The position numbers were made by a program, and so were the translations under genes. From Paecilomyces variotii (lineage: Eukaryota), in assembly GCA_004022145.1 (NCBI GenBank), contig RCNU01000005.1: a stretch of DNA of 64,000 nt; one strand, 5' to 3'. Of this stretch, positions 10,551-22,883 are shown one piece after another; the stretch's first letter is position 1, and each line of letters begins with the position of its first letter. A model generated the notes under the pieces. It ran no database searches and was not told where the DNA came from. It saw nothing but the letters and a program-made list of their open reading frames with translations.

Positions 10551-13500
10551 AAATCAAATCAACTTGCAAGCAGCCGCTAGATAGTCTAGTCTGCTTGCGA
10601 TCTCCAGACGAGTGACTCGCCCCGCTCTCTGCATCGCGCGCGAGCCACCTTGACGAGAGAGCCATATTTGCTGACGTCGGGGACCATCGATCGCAGCGGG
10701 CCTTTTCGTTCGACGATCCCCGAGTGTCTTCCATCTCCAGGGACCCCCCCGACACCGGAGCCGCTGATTCGCTCGTGCCCCTTCCCCGGGCCAGCCAGCG
10801 TCGCGGGGGAACAAGCAGTCTTCGTTCTCTCCACGTCGGCTCCCCCAGTGGCGGTCCCAGCAGCGGTCCTTGGAACCAGCCGCTAAAGCCATCACCGCTA
10901 ATAATCTTTCCCACGAGTTTCCGCCGAGAAAAGTACGCTGCTATCCGCCGAAAGGACCCCGGGGAAAACCATGACTTCACTGCCTCAGGTTACAAGGATC
11001 GTCTGCCACTAAAGCAACAACGGTGAGGGAAATAAAGGGTAAAAAGGGAACCAAATAAAGTAAAAAGAGGGATCTCTGGTCAATCCAGGCGAGGGGTCGC
11101 TACTTTTCGCTTTTCGACGCAACAGTCTCTGAATACGACACCGTTAGCCCTCTGACGCTGGAGGCACGAGACGTCCAGTGTTTGGGTGAGTTATTACTGG
11201 ATTCCGTCCGATGGCGTAGTCTAGTCGCACTTTCATGCCTGGTTTGGCATTTTCCGTCTTCGTCGAGAATAATTGCCTCAGCCGCCTTTTCAGCCACGGG
11301 CTTCCAGTAGTATACCATACTCACTTTTACCCCGGAATCGACTGACGAAACGAGTGCAACTGCCAACGGCGAGATGATCTAACTTTCCCCATGGGCAGGG
11401 CAGTGCAACTTCGACCTCACCCGCGAGGGGTTCCGTGATCGTCCCGTTCCTGCTTCGACAGGCTTTTTTTTTTTCGCTCTGGAGTCGTCCGATGATCACC
11501 ATACGAATGATGCTGACCAGAGTCGGACGACCTCGTATTCCAGTCCAATAGACTAGATAGACAGCCCGTGCCCGATGGCAGCTTCAAAACGATGGACGGC
11601 GCCCAGAAGGTTCTGTAGTAGGGCTGCCCCCCTTTTTTTGCTCGACGCTCTCCGATCGAGCATAGTCTAGCACCACTCACGTGACTTGGAAAGGCCCCCA
11701 GCGATATCGGTCTGTCTCGCTTTAAGACTGTGATCCGCATTGCTTGTAGGAGTCGATTATTAGACAGGTAGAGAGTACGGATCCAGACCCCGGTTCCTGG
11801 CGGATGAACCCACTCCGGAGTCCGCAGGGTCTTTCGGCAGTCGCTGTGGATGAGGCTTTTCTGCGTGAGGCCGCCACGTCCGCAGTAAGAAAATAATCTA
11901 TCTTTTTCTGCTTGCTGGTGGGAAATGGACTCGTTTCCAAGGTTCATTCAAAATTTCATCCTGTCCTGCTGGCGGTGGGAAGTAAGAATTGGCGCTAGTG
12001 ACACGCTATCTAGGGGATCAGGCACCCTACTTCAAGCGTCAGCGTTGGGAGATCCCAGGCGGAGCCTCGCCAACCGTCGATCTCGATTCCAAGTCTGCAG
12101 ACGCTCCATCGAGTACCCTAGGACGAAGATCAAGGCTAGATATCGTGATAATCACAGAAAGAGTTTCTATCACTCAGTTGACCCAGAAAAACAAACTATC
12201 CCCAGGTCACGATGCTCGCCGGTAGGAGAACCGACCACAGCATTGAGTTTAATGTGAGTTTAACAATGAACCCTACCGGCAGTGGAAGCAGGGTAGGCAC
12301 TACCGATCTATATTATTCAATTAATTACGCAGCGTTCAATCGACGGAAACCAACGAGATCTCTCTCATTATTATTCTTTTTCTTTTCTCTTTCTTCTCAC
12401 TTGTGCCCGCCTCAGGACGAGGATCGGGCCGAACGACCGCCGTGACTTAGATCTCTAACTATCGGTCCCTCCACCGGTCAACAATACCGATCGCCTTTTT
12501 CAGACTAGACGTGATAATTACCATTCACCGCTGCAGGACTGGCTCCCGGCACTCTGCGGCGGAAAAGGCGGGATCTATAGTTAAAAAAGAAGCAAAAAAA
12601 TATGATCCATCGCAGGTACCTGGACCCGACTGCTGGGCTCTTGACAGCCTGGACTATGCCCCTTTGGCTCGGGATACGTACGGCATTATGGACCCTATCT
12701 CTATTTCGGTTGATATGATCCGAGAGGCGTAGCATCCTCAGGGTTTGTGCGGTTGACATCATCGGAACACACTACTCGACTCTACTCCGTGAGACTGGCG
12801 AGGTTTCTCTTCACAGAGCCAGTTTTTTACGCGTAGCGTAACTAAGATATTTTGGACTTGTTTCAGAAACATTAGTTTCTAGGATTTCTTTTTTCTTTTG
12901 AACTCCCGCTAACGACTCACCGAATACCACTTTGAAGCGGTAGCCACGGAGATTTTTCGCACATGGCACGGAAATGGAATCATCACCGGCCGAAGCCACA
13001 AAAAAACGGAGCGGTTACTAGACAGGTAGAAAATCGTGGTGGGGTAGATTAGGTATGCAATCTGCATGCGGAACTAATTAGAGTATTGCTCGATGCTGCG
13101 GCACGGACAATCCTACATGCAATACTAGTCTACTACTGACAAGAGATTCAGTAGAACGCTAACCTATTCAGATCCGTCCTGATGCATGAGGTCATCCACA
13201 TCGATTTACAACTTACTACATATGATCCCTGGTCTGGAAGCGAGATCACAACGCTTTATCGCAGGCTCCAGGGATACGTAGCATAAGCTATGAAACATAT
13301 CTATCAGTATGATTGCTTATTCGAGTACGGAGTACGTCTCTAGCAATGCAACTCAGATGGACCTGCCGAAAAAGCAATAATACCTTGATCCAGATCCAAC
13401 TACTAGTTACTGCTAACTAACCCACAGTTGCGGCGTAGTAGTTATCTTCAAAGGGCTCTATTGGAATCACGTCTTGACCAGTGGTTCAGTCGGTCTCAGA

Positions 13501-15500
13501 TTTCATTTCACGAAATGCGAAGATCAATGATCTTCATTACTGCTGTTTTCGACCGTGGAATAATGATTGGTAGATGTGAGTTCTTTTCTTTTATTCTTTC
13601 TCGTCCACGCTAAGAATTCATCCTAGAATAGAGCATGTCTGCACAGCTAACGTTACCTAGATAGCAGCAGCGCAGCTGGCAGAACGTTCCAAACCCCCTC
13701 CCCCTCCCTCGTGCCCCTCGTGCCCCTCGAAGATCAACAAATCTGGACGTCACTAACACGAGAATCAGAAAGTATTTCCATTCCTCTTGCCTGCCCACCC
13801 CTCCATCATCCTGCATTAAGTAAGCGATACAGCAAATCCAGAACAAAAGACAGGAAACTTCATCACCAGTTCCATTAACCAGGGAAAGGAAAAGCAAAGT
13901 CGGGGTAAAACGTTTAATCTTAACTTAAGCCCAATCCCGACAATTCGGAATCTTTCCCATGGTTACCATGACATTCTAACTTACCAAGAGGTCCTCATTC
14001 ATTGATAATTCATTATTCATTATGTCCGCATCATGATTAGACTATCTGCGGAGTATAGAATCCACGGATAACTTTCCTTTCCCGTCCTGGTAAGTACCCC
14101 TGTTCTGCCCCAGATAACCCCGGGCGCTTTAGGACCGAGCCACACCTTTGTAACCACCGGGGAATATACGGGGAATATACGGGGACAGGCGGGTGGGTTG
14201 GGTTAGCAGTTCTCGCGACCGGTCATTGTCATTATTATTATTATGATTATTATCCTCAAAAACAAACTTTCATGGAGACTCCATGGGGGAAAGACGGGAC
14301 CGCAAAATCGAAATAGCGCATTGCACCATCTTTCGATTCTAATTGCGGAAGACCAAACGAAAATCCTGGAATACGATAACTAGTAACCTTTCATAATAAT
14401 AATGGGATACGGAGTGGACTAGGTAAGATAGTGATACATATGCATCCGATCGGGAGGATTCGGGGCCGCATGGGCGCAGGGTTGCGGTCCGGGGATTTTT
14501 CGCGTTTATCATTAACTACTCCGTACTCCGTATTATTGCTCCTAACCTTCCCGCCCCCGGGTTTTCTCCGTGGGGTACTCCTCCAGAGTCCAGAGTAAAA
14601 AGCCTTGGCTGTGTGCTTTTCTTGAATTATGGTTATGAAGGGTCTCCAGGGATGGATGGATGGGGTCGGTTTCTTTAGTTTCTCCTTATTGCGAACCGCC
14701 CACGGGCCCGCTTAGACCTTGCGTCTATTGTACGGGAGATGCTCGTCTAGCCCTTTTTAGACCTGTGTACCTCGTAGGTACCGGCTCCGAGGTTGATTGC
14801 CCTTTGGTCCTAGTTTCTATAGCAGTCGTTGCTCGTCATAAATGCTCGACGACAGTCCTTGGAGGGGTTCTCTCTCCTGCCTCGTGAACAGGCACTGCTT
14901 GTTACCTACAGTCAGTACTGATTCTTGACTGACTGGAATGCGTATTTCGAGAGGTCAGTGAGATTTATATTACGCAAAGAAAGCAATTATTGTTCGTTAC
15001 TCATTTATGCAGACAAAATCATCAGTGCTATGGGGTCTCGAAGGACTGAGGTGAGTACCCATGTTAGATTTGGTGTTAACTGTGTAGTGCAACCTATATA
15101 TCATTCCTCTGTGACTTGTACCGCTACTATCAGATCAATATTATCCGTTAATGTACTTCCAAAATCGGTGTTTGGTACTAATAAGTCATAAGTCAACCCT
15201 TTCCATGATGCTGATATGTATGTCTCCATGTATTGTACAAGATTATCAATCTGGTTATCGCGATAAGACACCAAAAAGTCGGCAAATCCTCGGAAAACGC
15301 CAATCACATGACGTTGGATAACCTAAACAGGGCAAGCGTTTCCCTATCTGAGATTAGCAAGATGCGAATGGCAGATTGCCCCTCCAAGCGAGTACCCCCA
15401 CTTGTTCCGGCGCTGCAGTTGAGTAATAATATCACCGCACACGCGCACAACTTCACCTGGAACAGCTATCTTTCTACGCATTTACTATAGACCGACAACC

Positions 15501-17620
15501 ATGGCTCCTCAACGTGTTCTGCTGCTGTAAGTGTCGAGTGAAAACAATCCCAAAGTAGTGATCTATATAGTAACATCATTCCAGCGGCTCGGGCTTCGTT
15601 GCCAGACCTACGCTGGATGTCCTGAGTGACGCCGGCGTTGAGGTCACTGTGGGTGAGTCATTTGGCGGATGGATGTATAGCTTGACATGATTCAATTGAC
15701 ACAACCATATATAGCCTGCAGAGGTCTTGACAGCGCCAAGAAGCTCTCGGAGGGTGTTAAGCTCGCAAAGGCTATCTCTCTCGATGTCACTGACCCCGCT
15801 GCTCTGGATGCTGCTGTCGCCCAGCATGATCTTGTTATCAGCTTGATCCCGTACATTTTCCATGCCGATGTAATCAAGTCCGCCATTCGCAACAAGAAGA
15901 ATGTCGTGACCACTAGCTACGTCTCCCCTGCTATGATGGAGCTTGATCAGCAGGCTAAGGATGCGGGCATCACTGTCATGAACGAGATTGGTGTAAGTTT
16001 TATAATGACTTCCTGAGTTGTTATTTGTCTTCATAAGTATAACAATTTCTCAGCTCGACCCTGGTATCGACCACCTGTATGCCATTTCTACCATTGAGAA
16101 CGTCCACAAGGCTGGTGGAAAGATCAAGTCTTTCCTCTCATACTGTGGTGGACTGCCCGCCCCGGAAGGTATGTGCAATGGACGTGACGTATGGGTATAT
16201 TGCTGAGACTGAGTTTTAGATTCTGGCAACCCATTGGGATACAAGTGAGTACAAATATATCTTAATCCTTTGGAAAGACCAATACTAATATTATTCTATC
16301 ATAGGTTCTCTTGGTCGTATGTGCCCTATTGGTTTTACATTGTACTTTTGTATTCAAGAAATCATACTAACGCTACATGGCTAAAGCTCCCGCGGTGTCC
16401 TTCTCGCTCTGAGAAACTCTGCCAAGTTCTACCAGGGTGGAAAGATCGTCGATGTCGCCGGTCCTGGTAAGGAACCGCTTGCGTATGCCATATAAAGTAC
16501 TACGCTAACACCACATGAAAAGACCTGATGGCTACCGCCAAGCCTTACCACATTTACCCTGGTACGTTTGGTATCCAATGCAGTATGCTTGTGCTCCATT
16601 CTTACATATCTAGGCTTTGCCTTTGTCGCATACCCCAACCGTGACTCTACCCCGTACAAGGAGCGCTACCAGATCCCCGAGGCTGAGACCATCATCCGTG
16701 GTGTAAGGAATTGTTTCTTTCCATTCTAGGCTTGTGTACTGCTAACCCGCTATTAGACCCTGAGATACCAAGGATTCCCCGAGTTTGTCAAGGTCCTCGT
16801 TGACATCGGCTTCCTCAGCGACGAGGAGCAGAGCTTCCTGAAGGAGCCCATTGCCTGGAAGGAAGCCACCCAGAAGATCCTGGGTGCTACTTCCTCGACC
16901 GAGAAGGATCTCCTGTGGGCAATCTCATCCAAGACCGCTTTCAAGGACAACGATGAGAAGGACAGAATCGTTGCAGGTCTCAAGTGGCGTAAGTAACTGC
17001 GAGCATCCATAATCGCTTCTTCCCGATTAACATGACGATGCAGTTGGTATCTTCTCCGATGCCAAGATCACCCCCAAGGGTAACCCCTTGGACACTCTGT
17101 GCGCCACTCTTGAGGAGAAGATGCAATTTGAGGAGGGTGAGCGTGACCTGGTGGTATGTACAGTCTTGACCTTCAAACGATCTTCAGTAATCTCTAATCC
17201 CCGTTTTAGATGCTTCAACACAAGTTCGAAATCGAGAACAAGGATGGAAGCCGAGAAACCAGAACTTCTACCCTCTGCGAATACGGTGCTCCCACCGGGT
17301 CCGGTGGTTATTCGGCAATGGCCAAGCTGGTCGGCGTTCCTTGCGGAGTCGGTACGTAACCCGCACTGTGATATTTCCTGCAGATTGCTATTTTGAGAGA
17401 TGAGTACTGACGCAATGTACCAATCAGCTGCCAAGCAAGTCCTCGATGGTACCATTTCCGAGAAGGGTATCCTCGCGCCGATGAACTCCCGTATCAACGG
17501 ACCCCTGATGAAGGAGCTGAAGGAGAAATACGGGTATGTCTTCTCTTTCCGATCTTTAAGCACCTTGCATACTAATATAGCACTTTCAGAATCGCCTGCC
17601 AGGAGAAGGTCATCAACTAG
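15501..17620 (+). CDS. lys9: Saccharopine dehydrogenase [NADP+, L-glutamate-forming] (saccharopine reductase), about 13 introns
   Basis: MAPQRVLLL|GSGFVARP, HDLVISLIPY, NVVTTSYVSPAM, MNEIG|LDPGIDHLYA, FLSYCGGLPAPE, NPLGYKFSWSSRGVLLALRN, AFVAYPNRDS, TLRYQGFP, LDTLCATLEEKM, YSAMAKLVGVPC; stop at 17618-17620. Confidence 0.95.
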
Positions 17621-19282
17621 AATAAATCGTACAGTGGAAAAGATCAGTCTTTACGGACTGAAATCCGTTATGTATCGTGACAAAAGTTCTACGTGATCAT
17701 TTTAGACATGCTATAGATAGCAAAAATCAAATGGGCCACACTAAGTCCTGCTTTCATGCGACCATTCATCGCCTAGTCATCCCTTGACTTTGTCGATATC
17801 CTGCTCTGCCTGATAAGGCTTTTAAAGACCAGCTACTGTTCCTCTCTATCCAAGACGGCAATATATTCCAGGAACAAACAGCAATAATACTGCGCATAGA
17901 TCATATAGTGATAAGAAATAATAATAACTAGACAATCTCGCTCAAACTCACCGCTACACGGAAAGGGAATACGGAGCATATCCAACAATTCACCGCTGGA
18001 GTGCCCCGACCAGCGCTATGACCAAGCATACTAAACAAATCCAGGAGTATGTCCGTGCGGAATAGTACTCCGTGCACTGCCGGCGATAGCCCATAGGTAG
18101 ATAGAGACCAGGGAGTCAGGGACCATGCGTAGAAGGTACTATTCCAGCGTCTAGACCAGACTCTAAACTTTACAGTCTAAAGTAAAATGCATCTGATAAG
18201 GCTCCACTATCCGAAGCGATAATGCATGAGTATGGTATGGTATGCCAGCAGCAGAATAGAATTTCGAATTAAATCCGTACTAATGTGCAGTACCAGCCTA
18301 GTCACTGGATAGGATAGAGAGATGCTTAAGTGACAAATCGAGGGTAGTTCTCGAACAAAGAGATATATATCCCTGTAAGACGGGGGGAGAAGCATCGGCT
18401 TCTGTAACAAAAGCAAGATAAATCACGAAAATACCCTTGCAACAGAAGTTAATTAACTTATGTATGTACATGTACATACTAACCACCAGCACGTGGGTCA
18501 CAGACTGCATGGATAACTACATAGTCTAGTGTCGGGAGCAGGGACAGGGACAGGGATAGGGATGGTTGAGTTGAACAACGATAATCTTCTTCTGAACGGT
18601 GAACTACTGCGCCGTTGGGGGAAATAAGAAACGGCTTGCCGATCTTTCTGTCGGTCCGGTCACCCGCGAAGTTCGAGAACTGCCAGCATCATACCTACCC
18701 ACTTGGTTAGTTTTTCTTAGCTTTCTTTTCGTTTTGGAATACGAGAGTAATAGTAATATTATATTTGCATTAGCTGAAACACACTTCGTTTGTATGGTAG
18801 GTTAAGGTATCTGTGGCTAAATCCCGCATACTGAGAGAGAACTTAGTTAACTATTATGTATGATTGTTGGTTACCTAGGTAATTATCCTTTTGTCTACTT
18901 AACTATTTAACTAGTATCCTCGATGTTTATGATATGCTTTATGCTTTGGCGTTGTCTATCTGTCTAGTCGAATATGTATTTCTGTAGTGCGCTGCAATTA
19001 CCTACCAATATACTCCATATTTTCAAAGAATTCCTATAGAACCCTATCAAGAAGTCTAGACTCTAGAAGTATAGTCTAGTTAGTAATCTACTCTCAAACT
19101 CTTGCAGGAGCGATCCCTACTTAGTACTGTATGTATGTACCTACCTTAGTTCTAATGTGGCACCAACCCAGGATCCCCTGCCCCCTCCCCCCCTGTGAGG
19201 TGGAACGGATTCCGGTTGAGAGAATTAAAAGAAGTGGATAGACTACTAGGTGATGATAAGTTCAGGTTCTGTTTTCATCTAC

Positions 19283-21848
19283 TAGGGATGGTGAAAAGTG
19301 GAAATTTAGATTTAATTTCATGAAAAGTTGAAATTTCGCCCTTTTTTTTCCTTTCCAGTTTCACTGCGCATAGACCAATTAGTGTTCCACGCTATACTTA
19401 AATAGGATAGGTAAGCGACCGATCTGGCCAATCAGTTGGTGTAAATGCTTGTATTACCCTATTTTATAATTTGTTAGAGCTATTTTACCTGGTAATTAGT
19501 AATTTAAGCAGAAGCTATTGATTTTATATATATCTATGTTTATTTTGAATTTCTATTGGCATACTATACCCTAAAATTATTAAAAATGGGTAGAATTGGC
19601 TTTAGCAGGGGTAAACCCACTAATTCTATACTCCTAGATGCTTTTAATTATATTTGTGAGGATTTAAAAGTATATTTAATTAAATATGCCGTTATTTACT
19701 AGTTTAACTGATCTTTTTAAACATTATTTATGTTGCCGCTATTATAATAATAAAACTGTTTAAAATACTACCTATAAAAAGAAATACCTACGCAGCTGCC
19801 TAAACTGGCTTAAATCTAGATTTTTAGGTCCTCCTAGAATTGTTCAGACTCTGCTAACTAAAATAATTAGACCTCCTTTATTGAAGTATTAGTTAGATCA
19901 GAAATATAGAATATTGATTTTTATAGGTGCCAGACCCTTCTCCCTATATATGGATTTTATGATGTTAGACTTTATTACTAGTCTAGATCCTAGCTATAAA
20001 CCTCCCGACTATTATATAATAGGAGATATAATTTTTAAAGATTATTATGAGCTAATTGCTAAAGAGGTTAATAAGCTGCTATAAGTAAGCAGCTATTTGA
20101 ATATTATCGCCGATAAGACTACTAATATACACAATTAATGAATCATTAACCTATTTTTAATTATTGGGAAATACTCTTTCTATTACTGCAGCTAGGATAT
20201 TAGATCCTAAATAATAAACGCGGAGACTGTTGCGAATTAAGTATATAATAGGATAAAATTAATCCTAGGCAATAATCTTAGCTAGAAAAGAATCAACTCC
20301 TTCGCTAGTAACACCTGCAATATTATGTAATTAATATAGATTACTCTATAGAGGATAGGAGGATTAAATACTATTTTTTTTATTTTATATAATTCTTATG
20401 GGCTTTAACTCCTAATAAAGGATATCTTTAAGCTGTTAAAGATTATAGAGGTCTTTAATACTGTAAAGAAGATTGTTAGATTTTTTTAAAGCTCCCCTAA
20501 ATAACACGCGATTTTTTAAGATCTCTAGCTTAAGATCTATAAAAAGCGACTATTCTTAGTATTAAGTGTTATTACTCGCTGGGGTTTATAGTATAGAATG
20601 CTTTATTCAATCTACTATAGTAATGAGGCGATTAGATAGTAGGCAAAGGAATTTATTATATTTCCCCCTATAAAATTAGAGATTCTATTGCCGTAGTTCT
20701 AGGAGTTATTAGTAGATTTAATACTGCTTATTAAGCTAATCTATAATATCCAACTAGCTTCAGAGAATATAGAGTTAAATATTTTTATAGTAAGTACTAA
20801 AGTAGTCCTAATTATAGCTTTATTAATAATTTAGGTAGTATAGCAATAGATAAAAATATATTAATACCTTATATAATAAACCGGTTCCTTGCAGTCCTTT
20901 ACTTATAAAATCAGCTTATACCTAAACTCTAGATAGCACAGCCGATTAAATAAATAGCTTACTGGGCTTCACTAGGCTGCTTATTATCTAGATCCTCAGA
21001 CCTATTATAAGAGTATTAAGGATTATAATAATACTGTCTATTGTGCGCTTAGTTAATATATTAGTAAGCAAATAGTATTTAATTTTTACTGCTTTAGGGG
21101 GTGAACTAAAGCTTTTTATAATAGAGCTAATTGTTAGAAATAACCTATTATTGAAGCCTTTTAGAGAGTTATAATATAGACCCTATTTTATTGCTTTTAT
21201 ATCCTATTAACCTATATAATCTATTACTAGACTCCGCTAACACTAGATCTTGCAAATTTTATTATATAGCTATTTAAAACAACTGCCAACTTTATTACCT
21301 TTAAATAATCTTTCTCTACTATAAACCTCCAATATATAAAGCTTTAAAATAGGCTTAACCCTGATTATGTAGATAAGCTTATTTATATCTATATAAACTC
21401 GCGGGTGCTACAGTAGATAAAGGGGGAAGATATAAAATACTATATTAAAGGAGATATTAAAGCAGAATTATTAGCTATAGAGGATCAGGAGATAGAGAAA
21501 GCCTAATTTGCAGAGGGACTGCTAGGCAAAGCTATTAAAGAACCCCTACCGGCTAACAGCCGATTAATGGGATGATTGCTTAATGCTTAAATATAGCAGT
21601 AAGATCTAGGAGGTTTAATACCTTTACTAGCTTTAAAAAGCGATATTTCCTAAGAGTTGAATAGCTTTAAATTAATCTTGTTTTTTCTTTTTGCTACTTA
21701 TAGACTAGCGGTAAAATATTAGGTAGGTCAGATTTACCATACTAATTTATTAGCGTATTTTAAAATGTTAGGACACTTTTTCGTTACGCAATTTAAATCC
21801 AAAATGTCGGAAATTTCTGACATTTTGAAATTTCACTGACCTACGCTA
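19283..21848 (+). mobile_element. Full-length (2566 bp) hAT-superfamily DNA transposon, inactivated by RIP-type mutation
   Basis: Exact 8-bp TSD TCATCTAC at 19275-19282 and 21849-21856. Ends TAGGGATGGT... and ...ACCTACGCTA are imperfect TIRs that both start with TAG. The body is very AT-rich and TpA-rich and carries transposase remnants. Confidence 0.9.
19586..21420 (+). pseudogene. hAT transposase relic (many TAA/TAG stops); end coordinate approximate
   Basis: Remnants GARPFSL, LNIIADKTTN, NSFASNTCN, (C)NSYGL*LLIKDI (CxxH-like region), LSVITRWG, AAYYLDP, and a C-terminal dimerisation-like segment SFSTINLQ..L*NRLNPDYVDKLIYIYINSRVL. Confidence 0.85.
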
Positions 21849-22033
21849 TCATCTACATACTATCTAGAGTACTTACTTAGACTGCTATTATGTAGATCAT
21901 TCCCTTCTCGCTTCCTGCAATGCATCGGGTATGCATCGGGTAGGAGATAAGATAGGAGATTCAGTGGGATGGTGGGTGTAGTTAGTTAACTAGATAGTCT
22001 AATGCTTTTATTCATAGTGAGTAGATAGTTAAC

Positions 22034-22090
<57 letters not shown>
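22034..22090. repeat. (TAG)19 microsatellite
   Basis: Perfect 57-bp trinucleotide array. Confidence 0.97.
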
Positions 22091-22092
<2 letters not shown>

Positions 22093-22883
22093 AGTCAGCT
22101 GGATATTTTCAGAAAAGAGTTTTCTGTTGTGGTTTAGCTAGCAACTGTGATATAATATGATGAGCACTGGGCTTGAATGGAGAGTATAATTATTACCTAC
22201 ATAGTAGTTGATACCAATGTCAAGTGTTGAAGGGAGATTGCATAAGCATATCTGGTTGATGAAGTAAGGAACGCCGGAGTAACCGTCCCTTTTCTCAACG
22301 GAGAGATCAGAAGTATAGCAGCAGCATTTAGTATTTGGTATCTATAACTTTTGCATGTTTTGGGTCGAATTTCCTGGCCCTGTGGGGATAAATGATCGCT
22401 GAGGATATTAGTTATCAATAAAAAGTCTGTCTGATTAGAAATCCTATTTCACTTCGTAAATTTTTGCCGATGTTAATAACTCTGACTACTGTCTGGTAGA
22501 TAGTGCGTTGTGTACCTATACTTATATATAGTTCGTGAAACTAGGAGGGGCCTGTGCATTTTGCTAATACAGACCTTGTTATCTTATTGTGCCTCACTTT
22601 TGAGATGACCCATAGAAAATTCCATACTACCTAGCTAATTATTTATATTATCCTGTCCTCAGCCATCTCGTCCATGTGTTCATTAATAATAACGGCTTGA
22701 TGCGGAGATATGCCGGGGCTCCGACTCACCGCCTTCCAGCAATAGCAGGAATTGTCAGCAGAAAATGTAACTAAGTAAGTGAACCCCTCCGCGCGGTGCG
22801 GAAGCTCAGTCAAATTCCTACTATCATTATTGAAGAAGCTCCCGGAGGACCCTGATTGCTGCTAGGGCAATACTACTGTCAAT

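Noticed and set aside
13225-13275. Hairpin ATCCCTGG...CCAGGGAT, considered as an H/ACA snoRNA arm
   Set aside because: Only an 8-bp stem, and no properly spaced H or ACA boxes; would need an Infernal search to revive.
9650-15490. Numerous 60-176 aa ORFs in the facB-lys9 intergenic region
   Set aside because: Mostly non-ATG starts, low complexity, no codon bias or domain motifs.
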